DNA of 64,000 nt from Spirochaetota bacterium. Its GTDB lineage: Bacteria; Spirochaetota; UBA12135; COTS27; CBDBHE01. The translations under genes and the position numbers were made by a program. Below, one piece after another: positions 40,977 through 50,400 of the stretch; position 1 is the first letter of the stretch; every line of letters begins with the position of its first letter. The notes below the pieces were generated by a model that made no database searches, was not told the DNA's origin, and was given only the letters and a program-made list of their open reading frames with translations. The stretch lies in NCBI GenBank assembly GCA_965205605.1, contig CBDBHE010000001.1, positions 31,384 through 95,383 of the forward strand. The letters run 5' to 3'.

Positions 40977-41809
40977 ATGTCAATTATTAACAAAATCATC
41001 ATAAAGTATATGCATTTATTACAGTACTACGGTCATCTATGCCAACGTTGCGACTGAAAATATACTTCCAAAAAATCTCGAAGAGGTCAAAATAGTAGAA
41101 AAATTAGGAAAACCTCATCCCTTTAGACCTATCTTTTAAAGATAGTCATAATAAAAATGTAAAACTTAAAGAATACTTTAATAATGATCTACCTGTTGTC
41201 CTGACTTTAGTGTATTTTGATTGCCCTATGCTTTGTCACTTAGTTTTAAATGGTCTTTCACAAACATTTAACACCACTTCTCTTAAGCTAGGAAAAGATT
41301 TTAAAGCACTAAGCATTAGTTTTGATCCAAAAGATTCTAAAGAGAAAGCCCTCCAAACTCAAGAAAAATACCTAAATCAAATTAAAAATCACCAAAAAAA
41401 AGCAAATAATAAAAACTGGACTTTTTTAGTGAGTAGCCAAAAAAATATCTCTAAACTTACTGAAGCAGTAGGGTTTAAATATAAATATTTAAAAAAAGTT
41501 AATGAATTTTCTCATGGAGCTGCTATTTTTATCCTTTCTCCAAAAGGAAAAATCACTCGTTATTTATACGGAATTAATTATAAAAGCTTGGACTTTAGGT
41601 TAGCCATTTCAGAAGCAAAAAAAGAAAAAGAAAGAAGTTCGTTAGAAAAAATTCTTCTTTACTGTTATCGGTATAATCCAAATGAAAACTCGTATACGTT
41701 GCATGCAATTAATACAATGAAAATAGGTGGTGGACTTACTTGTATTTTTCTAGGCATATTCTTAATCAATATGTTTATAAAAGAAAAAAATAGAAATAAA
41801 GCAGTTTAA
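40977..41809 (+). CDS. SCO family copper chaperone, two apparent frameshifts in 5' part
   Basis: YFDCPMLC (CxxxC), SISFDP, FSHGA, ITRYLYG; upstream frames give signal region and EKLG...IPLDLSFKD. Confidence 0.88.
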
Positions 41810-41811
41810 CA

Positions 41812-42783
41812 ATGAATGAAAAAACAGAACAATTAATGAAAAATGGAAGTTTTTGGTTTCCAGAAGCCGCTTCTAGCTATGCTAAAGATGTTGATTTCCT
41901 TTATTATGCTATTTATTATGGCTCTCTTATCACTTTTGCTGGAATTTTGATTACTTTAGCGATTTTTACAATTAAATATAGACGTAAAACAAAAAATCAA
42001 AAAGCAATAAAACAATTAATTCATAATACAAAACTAGAAATTACTTGGACCATTATTCCTTTAATTTTGTTTTTAATTATTTTTTACTGGGGTTTTAAAG
42101 GCTTTGTTAAAATAACGATTTCCCCTAAAGAAGATATTAAAATAGATGTTAGGGGACAAAAATGGTTTTGGTCTTTTACGTATCCAAATGGAGCAGGAGC
42201 TGCAAATGAATTAGTCTTACCCGTTAATAAAGTGATCAAATTTAAAATGATTTCGTCTGATGTGGTTCATAGTTTTTTTATACCTAGTTTTAGAGCTAAA
42301 AATGATGTACTACCGAATTATTATACATCACTTTGGTTTAAACCCATCAAAGAAGGCCTGTATCAAGTATTTTGTGCAGAATACTGCGGAGAGCAACATT
42401 CTATGATGCTTGCTTCAATAAAAATTGTTTCAGAAAAAGAATACCAAAAACATTTGGAAGCCATTTCTTCTTTAGATGATATTCCTTTGTTAGACATTGG
42501 GAAAAAAGTTTATGAACAAAGGTGTGCTATTTGCCATAGTATTGATGGGAGTAAATTAAATGGCCCCAGTTGGAAAGATCAATATAAAACAAAACGAGCA
42601 TTAGCTAACGGTGAAAATGCCCTTTATGATGAAAACTATATTAGAGAATCTATTTTAGATCCACAAAGTAAAATTGCTAAAGGATTTAGCCCTGTAATGC
42701 CTTCGTTTGCAGGACAGCTAAAAGAAAGAGAAATAGAAGGAATTATCGAATATATCAAAAATCTAAATCAAAAAAAGGAATGA
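41812..42783 (+). CDS. coxB: Cytochrome c oxidase subunit II with fused cytochrome c (caa3 type)
   Basis: DVVHSFFIP, CAEYCGEQHSMM CuA site, CAICH haem c. Confidence 0.96.
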   Translation: MNEKTEQLMKNGSFWFPEAASSYAKDVDFLYYAIYYGSLITFAGILITLAIFTIKYRRKTKNQKAIKQLIHNTKLEITWTIIPLILFLIIFYWGFKGFVKITISPKEDIKIDVRGQKWFWSFTYPNGAGAANELVLPVNKVIKFKMISSDVVHSFFIPSFRAKNDVLPNYYTSLWFKPIKEGLYQVFCAEYCGEQHSMMLASIKIVSEKEYQKHLEAISSLDDIPLLDIGKKVYEQRCAICHSIDGSKLNGPSWKDQYKTKRALANGENALYDENYIRESILDPQSKIAKGFSPVMPSFAGQLKEREIEGIIEYIKNLNQKKE

Positions 42784-42791
42784 ATTAAACT

Positions 42792-44408
42792 ATGAGTAAT
42801 CGTAAAAAATTTGTAAGCTATCTAGATGAGCATAAAAATGAACCATTTTGGCCTTGGCTTAAATCTTGGCTTTTAACAGTTGATCATAAACGTATTGGAG
42901 TGATGTATCTTATAGCGATAACGATTTCATTTGGTTTGGGAGGAATGTATGCTGGCTTACTCAGGTTAGAACTTTTATTTCCTCAAAAGCTTTTTTTTGA
43001 AGCAAAAAATTATAATCAATTATTCACGCTTCATGGAGCCATTATGGTTTTTTTATTTATTATTCCTTCGATTCCAGCAACACTTGGAAATTTTATTTTA
43101 CCGATTCAATTAGGAGCTAAAGATGTTGCGTTTCCTAAGCTTAATTTAGCGAGTTTTTATATTTGGGTGTTTGGAGCTATCTTTTGTATTTACTCACTTT
43201 TATTCAATGCCGCTGACACAGGCTGGACTTTTTACACTCCCTATTCTACAACGACTAATACAGCCGTTATTTCAATTACTTTTGGAGCCTTTATTTTAGG
43301 ATTTTCATCTATTTTAACAGGGGTTAATTTTATTACAACCGTCCATAAACTAAGAGCTCCCGGAATGAGTTGGTTTAAAATGCCTTTAATGATATGGGCT
43401 TTATATTCAACAGCAATTATTCAAGTATTAGCTACCCCTGTAATTGCTATTACCCTACTACTTTTAATTGCAGAAAAAACCTTTGGAATTGGAATTTTTG
43501 ATTCTTCTTTAGGAGGCGATCCTGTTTTATATCAACATTTCTTTTGGTTTTATTCTCATCCAGCTGTTTACATTATGATCTTACCTGCTATGGGAATTAT
43601 GAGCGAACTGGTAACAACTTTTTGTAAAAAGAATATTTTTGGTTATCGATTTGTAGCTTTTTCTAGTGTAGCAATTGCAATTATTTCATTTTTAGTTTGG
43701 GGTCATCATCTATTTATTAGTGGACAATCTCCATTAGCAACAACGATTTTTTCTTTTTTAACCTTTTTTGTTGCCATTCCCTCAGCTATCAAATTATTCA
43801 ATTGGATCGCAACCATGTATAAAGGCTCAATTAGCCTCAAATCTCCTTATTTATGGGCATTAGGTTTTATTTTCTTATTTTCAATTGGTGGATTCACAGG
43901 GATTATCCTTGGAGCGTTAAGTTTAGACATTCATCTTCATGATACTTATTTCGTTGTGGCTCATTTTCACTATGTGATGGTAGGAGGAACCGTTTTTGCT
44001 TTTATTGGCGGAATTCACTATTGGTGGCCTAAAATATTTGGGAAAATGTATAATGAAGTTATGGCTGTCATTGCTTTTATATTAATTTTTATAGGGTTTA
44101 ACATGACTTTTTTTCCTCAGTTTATTTTGGGATCTAAAGGAATGCCAAGACGTTATTACTCTTATTTAGAACAATTCCAACCTCTTCATCAGCTTTCTAC
44201 AGTAGGGACTTGGATTTTAGGGTTAGGCTTTATCATTATGCTCAATTACCTTATTTCCTCTATCTTTTCAAAAGACAAAGCTTCTGCTAATCCTTGGGGA
44301 AGTGTCGGTCTAGAGTGGGAAATTCCTTCTCCCCCAACCCATCATAATTTTGAAAAAACACCTGAAATTAAAGATGGACCTTATCATTATGGTATCCAAA
44401 AAAAATAA
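42792..44408 (+). CDS. coxA: Cytochrome c oxidase subunit I (A2 type)
   Basis: [16 protein letters not shown] (YS motif of A2 subfamily), WGHH, VVAHFHY, GMPRRY. Confidence 0.97.
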   Translation: MSNRKKFVSYLDEHKNEPFWPWLKSWLLTVDHKRIGVMYLIAITISFGLGGMYAGLLRLELLFPQKLFFEAKNYNQLFTLHGAIMVFLFIIPSIPATLGNFILPIQLGAKDVAFPKLNLASFYIWVFGAIFCIYSLLFNAADTGWTFYTPYSTTTNTAVISITFGAFILGFSSILTGVNFITTVHKLRAPGMSWFKMPLMIWALYSTAIIQVLATPVIAITLLLLIAEKTFGIGIFDSSLGGDPVLYQHFFWFYSHPAVYIMILPAMGIMSELVTTFCKKNIFGYRFVAFSSVAIAIISFLVWGHHLFISGQSPLATTIFSFLTFFVAIPSAIKLFNWIATMYKGSISLKSPYLWALGFIFLFSIGGFTGIILGALSLDIHLHDTYFVVAHFHYVMVGGTVFAFIGGIHYWWPKIFGKMYNEVMAVIAFILIFIGFNMTFFPQFILGSKGMPRRYYSYLEQFQPLHQLSTVGTWILGLGFIIMLNYLISSIFSKDKASANPWGSVGLEWEIPSPPTHHNFEKTPEIKDGPYHYGIQKK

Positions 44409-44438
44409 AAATAATAAGTACACTAAAAGAGATAAAAA

Positions 44439-45074
44439 ATGGCAAACATTATTAAACACAAAGTAGCCCATCACTTTGCCAACTCTGATCAAGAGTTTGA
44501 ATCTGCTAAACTTGGTATGTGGATTTTTTTAGGGCAAGAAGTTCTTTTTTTTAGTGCTCTTTTTGTAACTTATGCTATTTTTAGATTTCTTCATCCTGAG
44601 ATGTTTGAAGAAGCTGCTTCGCATCTTTCTTGGAAATTAGGTGGAGCAAACACACTCGTTCTTATTTTAAGTAGTTTCACCATGGCTCTTTCCATTCGCT
44701 TTACTCAAGTTAATCGCTTTAAGCTAAGTCAAATTCTTTTAATCATTACCATCATTTGCGGACTGGTTTTTATGGGGATTAAATACGTCGAATATAGTGA
44801 TAAAATTCACCACGGATATCTCCCTAGCAAATGGTTTCAAGGAAACGGAGAAAGTGCTTATCTACACATTTTTTTTGGTATCTATTTTTGTTTAACGGGT
44901 CTTCATGGACTTCACGTCCTAATTGGAATCGGACTTTTAGTTTGGGTTTTAATCAAATCTTTTAAAAAAGAACTCTATAAAGATTATTACACTCCTTTAG
45001 AATTAGTCGGGCTTTATTGGCATTTAGTGGATCTTGTTTGGATTTTCTTATTTCCACTATTATACTTAATTTAA
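44439..45074 (+). CDS. coxC: Cytochrome c oxidase subunit III
   Basis: LGMWIFL, TGLHGLHV, GLYWHLVDLVWIFLFPLLYL. Confidence 0.95.
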   Translation: MANIIKHKVAHHFANSDQEFESAKLGMWIFLGQEVLFFSALFVTYAIFRFLHPEMFEEAASHLSWKLGGANTLVLILSSFTMALSIRFTQVNRFKLSQILLIITIICGLVFMGIKYVEYSDKIHHGYLPSKWFQGNGESAYLHIFFGIYFCLTGLHGLHVLIGIGLLVWVLIKSFKKELYKDYYTPLELVGLYWHLVDLVWIFLFPLLYLI

Positions 45075-45097
45075 ACATAGAGAGCTAAACACACAAT

Positions 45098-45481
45098 ATG
45101 AAACAACAACAACATTCTAACAGTCACTTTATTATTCCTATTAAATACTACTTAATTACTTTTTCAAGTTTAATTATTTTAACCCTTATTACAGTCTACA
45201 CCGCAAAATATGTAGACTTAGGTAAAAATGGTAATATCATACTTGCTCTTGTCATTGCTAGTATTAAAGCAAGTTTGGTTATTTTATTTTTTATGGGCTT
45301 ACGTTGGGGTTCAGCTTTTAATCGAGTGTTTTTTCTTAGCTCTGTTTTATTTTTAATGATTTTTTTAGTTTTTACTTTAATTGACTACGCTTCAAGAAAT
45401 GATTTGGAACCCAATCGAAATACACCTTATGAAGTTAAAACCCCTATGAAAAAGAAACCTATTAAAACTGAAAAACATTAA
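45098..45481 (+). CDS. coxD: Cytochrome c oxidase subunit IV family protein
   Basis: LTLITV...[16 protein letters not shown]. Confidence 0.9.
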   Translation: MKQQQHSNSHFIIPIKYYLITFSSLIILTLITVYTAKYVDLGKNGNIILALVIASIKASLVILFFMGLRWGSAFNRVFFLSSVLFLMIFLVFTLIDYASRNDLEPNRNTPYEVKTPMKKKPIKTEKH

Positions 45482-45510
45482 ATACAATTTTCATAAAAAT
45501 ATGAATCAAC

Positions 45511-46161
45511 TTGAAATTATTAATTAAAATATTTTTCTCTTTTTACTTAATTCAACAAGCTTTATTCTCAGATTTTATTGAAGATAAAATTAAATATCTA
45601 TCCTATCAAAAAAAAAAAAAAGAAATCTCTGTTGTTTTTAAAGGAACCCCTATAGAAAGAAAAATCTATTTTAAAATTAATGTCCCTTCTTATATCTTTA
45701 ATCCGCTTTTTGATGATTTAGATTTAGCTGTAAAAAAAGCAGTCCGATACGCAAGAGTTAAATATCGTAGTCAATTTTTAAAAGAAAAAAAAGCTTATGA
45801 TTGCCACGATGGTAAAAAAACTTCTGCTCTTATTTACCCTATTTTAAAAAATAACGAAGAAAATCACTATATTTATTATGTTAAAGGTCGTTATAATTCT
45901 AATATTAAAATTAATGGTTCCATGATCATTGATATATTTTTTTCAAAAGAAGATAACAATACTATTTTTGACATCAAGGTTTATATTAGACTTTCCAATC
46001 CTTTTTTAAGAGGGATTTCTAAAGTTTTTATTAATAATAAATATTTAAAAAAATTTTCTAATCAACTTATAAACAATAGTATCAGAGGAATAAAAAGAGT
46101 CGGTTTTAAGGTTGGAAGAGGCGTCTTAAGAGAAAAAAATAATAACGTCCTAAAACCATAA
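45511..46161 (+). CDS. Exported hypothetical protein
   Basis: 216-aa ORF with signal peptide; no recognised motif. Confidence 0.55.
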   Translation: MKLLIKIFFSFYLIQQALFSDFIEDKIKYLSYQKKKKEISVVFKGTPIERKIYFKINVPSYIFNPLFDDLDLAVKKAVRYARVKYRSQFLKEKKAYDCHDGKKTSALIYPILKNNEENHYIYYVKGRYNSNIKINGSMIIDIFFSKEDNNTIFDIKVYIRLSNPFLRGISKVFINNKYLKKFSNQLINNSIRGIKRVGFKVGRGVLREKNNNVLKP

Positions 46162-46178
46162 GTCTATTTTCTATCTAT

Positions 46179-47390
46179 TTATTTTTCCTTTTTTATTTTA
46201 AACATTTTTGCTAAAATAAAAGCAATCACAGCAGCTATAATAGAAAAAAAAGCACCCATTTTAGCTGGTTCTTGGAGGATTTTGTTAGTATAAGCTTCCC
46301 CGGAAACAAATAAGGCCACCGTTAGCCCTAATCCCCCTATACTACCAATAACAAAAAGAGATTTAAAATCTATTTTTTTAGGTAATTTCATACCAATTAA
46401 ATGAGCAAAAACACCAAATAAATAAATACCCATTATTTTACCTAAAATTAAAGAAGATAAAATAATCCAAGTAATTTCATTAATTTTTGAAAAAGCAACT
46501 CCTGCATTAGCAAGTCCAAATCCTAAAAGACCAAAATCAACTAAAAGCTTAAAATGATGTTCATAAGAATCAAGAGTCGATTTGGAATTAACATTTTCTT
46601 GTTTTTTAGTACCTGAAGGCATAAATGGAATAATAAAAACAAGCGTTAAAGCTGGATGTAAATGAGCTTTTAAAAGTCCTACCCAAGAAAAAACACCTCC
46701 TAAAATAAGATAAAGTAACATTATTTTTATTTTAAAAATTCTAAGCAAAAAGGCAAATCCCATCCCCAAAAGAGTGATTAATAAATAAATTGGTTCAACA
46801 GGGTGATTTGGATCTGGGTAAAAAATAGCGATAATACCAAGACCAATAGCATCATCTACAATGGCTAAAACTAGTAGATAAGAAACTGCTGGATGATGAT
46901 AACCAAATAAAAAACGTGAAACTAACCAAGCAAGTGCAATATCTGTTGCTGTGGGAATTCCCCATCCTTTATAAATCATGCCTTCAGTAATATTAGGATC
47001 TTTTAAAATATGGTCTAAAGGGAAAGAATAGCAAAACACAAAAAATAAAAAAATAGGAAAAACAATTCCTCCCAAAGCTCCAAAAAGTGGGTTAAAGGCT
47101 TTATTAACTGGATTTAATGATCCTCCCGGTAAAATGGATTTTACAATCTCCACAGTCGCAATACCAAAAAAGAAAACCATGAAGATATCATTAATCAAAA
47201 AATGAAAATTAACTTCATGACCAAAAATAGTAAAAGGAAGTAAAGGGTGCTCTATAAAAACGTGGTATGATTTCCCATCAAGATTAGCCCAAAAAATAGC
47301 TATAATAATACCAAAAATAAGTGGTATTGAAAATACTTGCAATAAATTGATAAATTTTTGTTTATGAAAATAATCTAATACTTTTACCAC
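46179..47390 (-). CDS. nhaA: Na+/H+ antiporter NhaA
   Basis: INDIFMVFFF, GWGIPTATDIA, LAIVDD, GLGLTVALF. Confidence 0.92.
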   Translation of the reverse strand: MVKVLDYFHKQKFINLLQVFSIPLIFGIIIAIFWANLDGKSYHVFIEHPLLPFTIFGHEVNFHFLINDIFMVFFFGIATVEIVKSILPGGSLNPVNKAFNPLFGALGGIVFPIFLFFVFCYSFPLDHILKDPNITEGMIYKGWGIPTATDIALAWLVSRFLFGYHHPAVSYLLVLAIVDDAIGLGIIAIFYPDPNHPVEPIYLLITLLGMGFAFLLRIFKIKIMLLYLILGGVFSWVGLLKAHLHPALTLVFIIPFMPSGTKKQENVNSKSTLDSYEHHFKLLVDFGLLGFGLANAGVAFSKINEITWIILSSLILGKIMGIYLFGVFAHLIGMKLPKKIDFKSLFVIGSIGGLGLTVALFVSGEAYTNKILQEPAKMGAFFSIIAAVIAFILAKMFKIKKEK

Positions 47391-47448
47391 TTAAGTTAAT
47401 CTCTCCATTAAGACAATAGTTTATAAATTGTAGTATATAACAAGAATT

Positions 47449-50400
47449 TTACAAATAAAGATACGTTAGCCCTTCTTTTTTATTTTTTAGTTGTTGCGGA
47501 CTACCACTTGCAACAATCTTTCCACCTTTTTCTCCTGCTTTAGGGTCCATATCAATAATATAATCCATATTCGATAAAAAATAAGGATTGTGCTCTATAA
47601 CAATTACTGTGTTTCCTCTTTTTATTAATTGTTCTAAAACATCAAGTAATTTTTCAATATCAGAAAAATGAAGCCCTGTTGTTGGTTCATCTAAAATATA
47701 TAAATTACCACTTAAGTCTTCTTTTTTAGAAAGCTCTTTAGCTAATTTTAATCTTTGAAGCTCTCCTCCTGAAAGAATGTGAGTCCCTGAGCCTAACTTT
47801 AAATAATCTAAACCTGTATCTAAAACAACTTTAATTTTATCCCTAAGCAACTTTCTAGCATCAAAAAAATCATAAGCTTCTAAAAAAGTCATTTGAAGAA
47901 TTTCAAAAATATTTTTTTCTTTATAATAAACTGATAAAACTTCTTTTTTATATCTTTTCCCTTTACACTCTTCACAAACAACACTTACATCTGAAATAAA
48001 ATGCATACTAATTTCTCTACTACCAATCCCTTGACACAAATTACAACGACCTATCGGCGTATTAAAAGAAAAAGAACCTTCTAAAAATCCTTTCAATCGA
48101 GCTGATTTTGTATTAGCAAAAATTTTTCGAATAGAAGAAAAAATATCTAAATAACTAGATGCTGTTGAACGAATACTCGGAGAAACTGCCAATTGATCCA
48201 CTACATTAACAAACTTAAACGGGATATGACTTTTCTTTTTTCCTTCTAGAAAAAAAGAGAGGTCATTTTGAGAAACAATTTTTTTCCCTATCCAATCTTT
48301 GACACGAGGAAGAAACCAATCAAAAATTAATGAACTTTTTCCTGAACCACTCACTCCAGAAATTCCTACTAATTGACCGATAGGAATTTCAACATCGATT
48401 CCTTTGATATTATTTTTGATCACATTGGATAATAAAAGATACGGATCTCTTTTTTTGTCAAACAATGGATTAAGAAATTTTCGATATTGTTTGTTTTTTT
48501 TATCACTATAAAGATATGGAAAAAAGCTAGTTTCTTTTAATTTTTGCTTTTGATTTTCACCATTATAAATAATTTTTCCTCCATTTTCACCGGCTTTAGG
48601 CCCTATATCTACAATCCAATCAGATTGTTTAATGATATTTTCATCATGCTCAACAAGAATAACAGTATTACCTAATTTTTTAAGATTTAATATCGCTTCA
48701 AAAAGTTTCTCTGTATCACTTTCGTGTAACCCGATTGTTGGCTCATCTAAAACATAAATGACATCATTAAGCTTATTACCAATTTGTGTTGAAAGTCTAA
48801 TCCTTTGAGCTTCCCCTCCAGAGAGGGTACTTATTTGACGATTAAGCGTTAAGTAGTCAATACCAAGGTACAACATCTGTTTTAAGCGAAATTGTGTTTC
48901 TTCAAGTAAATCTCTTACAATCATTGCTTCATTTGAAGTTAATCTTTGAGGCAAAATTTCAAAAAAAGAAAAAACTTGTTTTAAATTAAATGAAGTTAAT
49001 TTAGCAATATTAATATCTTCAATTAAAATAGATAAATACTGACTCTTTAGTCTTCCACCAAGACACTTTGGGCAAATATTAAAAGCGATACATTTAGAAA
49101 AAATATTTTTCCATCTCTCAGAGCTCGTTGAGCTATTCATTAAACTCTCAATAATACTAGCAATCCCAGGCCATTTTTTACCTTTTAAAAAAAGAGCTTT
49201 ATCCTCAAAATACCCAAAAAGAATCATTTTTTTTTCTTCTTCCAAAAGGCTTTTATAAGGCGTTTCCCATAAATCAATATTATTTTCATTAGCAACTTTC
49301 CTTAAAAAGTTAGCGTTATAATAATACTTCCCTCGACCTGCAAAAAAAGTATGATATTCAGGTTTAATTGCTCCATTTAAAAAAGGTAAATTTTGCTTAA
49401 TAATAAAAAGATTTTTTTGAAAAGAAAGGCTTTTTCCAATCCCTTCGCACCGTTCACAAGCCCCTAAGTGATGATTGAAAGAAAAATGACGAGGGGTTAA
49501 TTTTTCTTCATAAAACAAATCATGTTCAAAACACATCGGATACTTAGAAAAATGGGTTTTTTTATTATCTTCAAAATAAGCCATTCCTACCCCATGACCG
49601 ATTTCATATGCTTTCTCAAAAGCTTCAATAAAACGACTTTTTTCCTTCTCCTCAAGATAAATACGATCAATCACCAAATAAATATTTTCACAATCTTGTA
49701 ATGTGTCTTTAATTTTCTCTTCCTCCACATCTAAACGAATCACTTCTTCTCCCATTAAAAGACGTAAAAAACCTTTTTCTTTCAAAATAGGAATGAATAC
49801 AAATAACTTCTCTTTATTTTCTAGTAAATACTTTTTAGAAGACTCTTTTACAAACAAAGGAGCTGCTATCATAACAGATTTTTTCATTTGATTTTTATTT
49901 TTGATAAGTTCGGAAAAAACGTTGCTTGGATTTTTTTCTTCTAGTTTTTTACGACAAAATGAACAATGAAGAATACCGATATTAGCATAAAGGATTCTAA
50001 AAGAATCATAAATTTCTGTTTGTGTTGCCACTGTCGAACGTGGATTTTTTGAAGCAGCCTTTTGATTCACTGCAATCGTAGGCGAAATACCTTGAATGTC
50101 ATCTACTGGAGGTCTTTCTAAACGACCTAAAAAACGTTTTGCATATGTGGAGAGGCTATTAATATATTTTCTCTGTCCTTCTTGAAAAATTGTGTCTAAA
50201 GCAACTGAAGTTTTTCCTGATCCTGATACACCTGTTATTGTAATAATTTGATTTTTAGGTAAAGACAAATTAACATTTTTAAGATTATTTTTAGTTAGTC
50301 CTTTAATTTGAATTGAAGCCCCATTATTACCACTAGTGATGACTTCTTTTTTAGAAGAAAAAGACTCAAAAAGTTTATTTTGATTTTTAAGAAAATATCC

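Noticed and set aside
38035-41809. Stop-codon recoding or alternative genetic code to explain split ORFs
   Set aside because: Breaks are frame changes rather than in-frame stops, and other genes end normally at TAA, TAG or TGA
32650-47449. ACIII operon as an island integrated at tRNA-Ala
   Set aside because: No integrase and no duplicated tRNA 3' end found downstream
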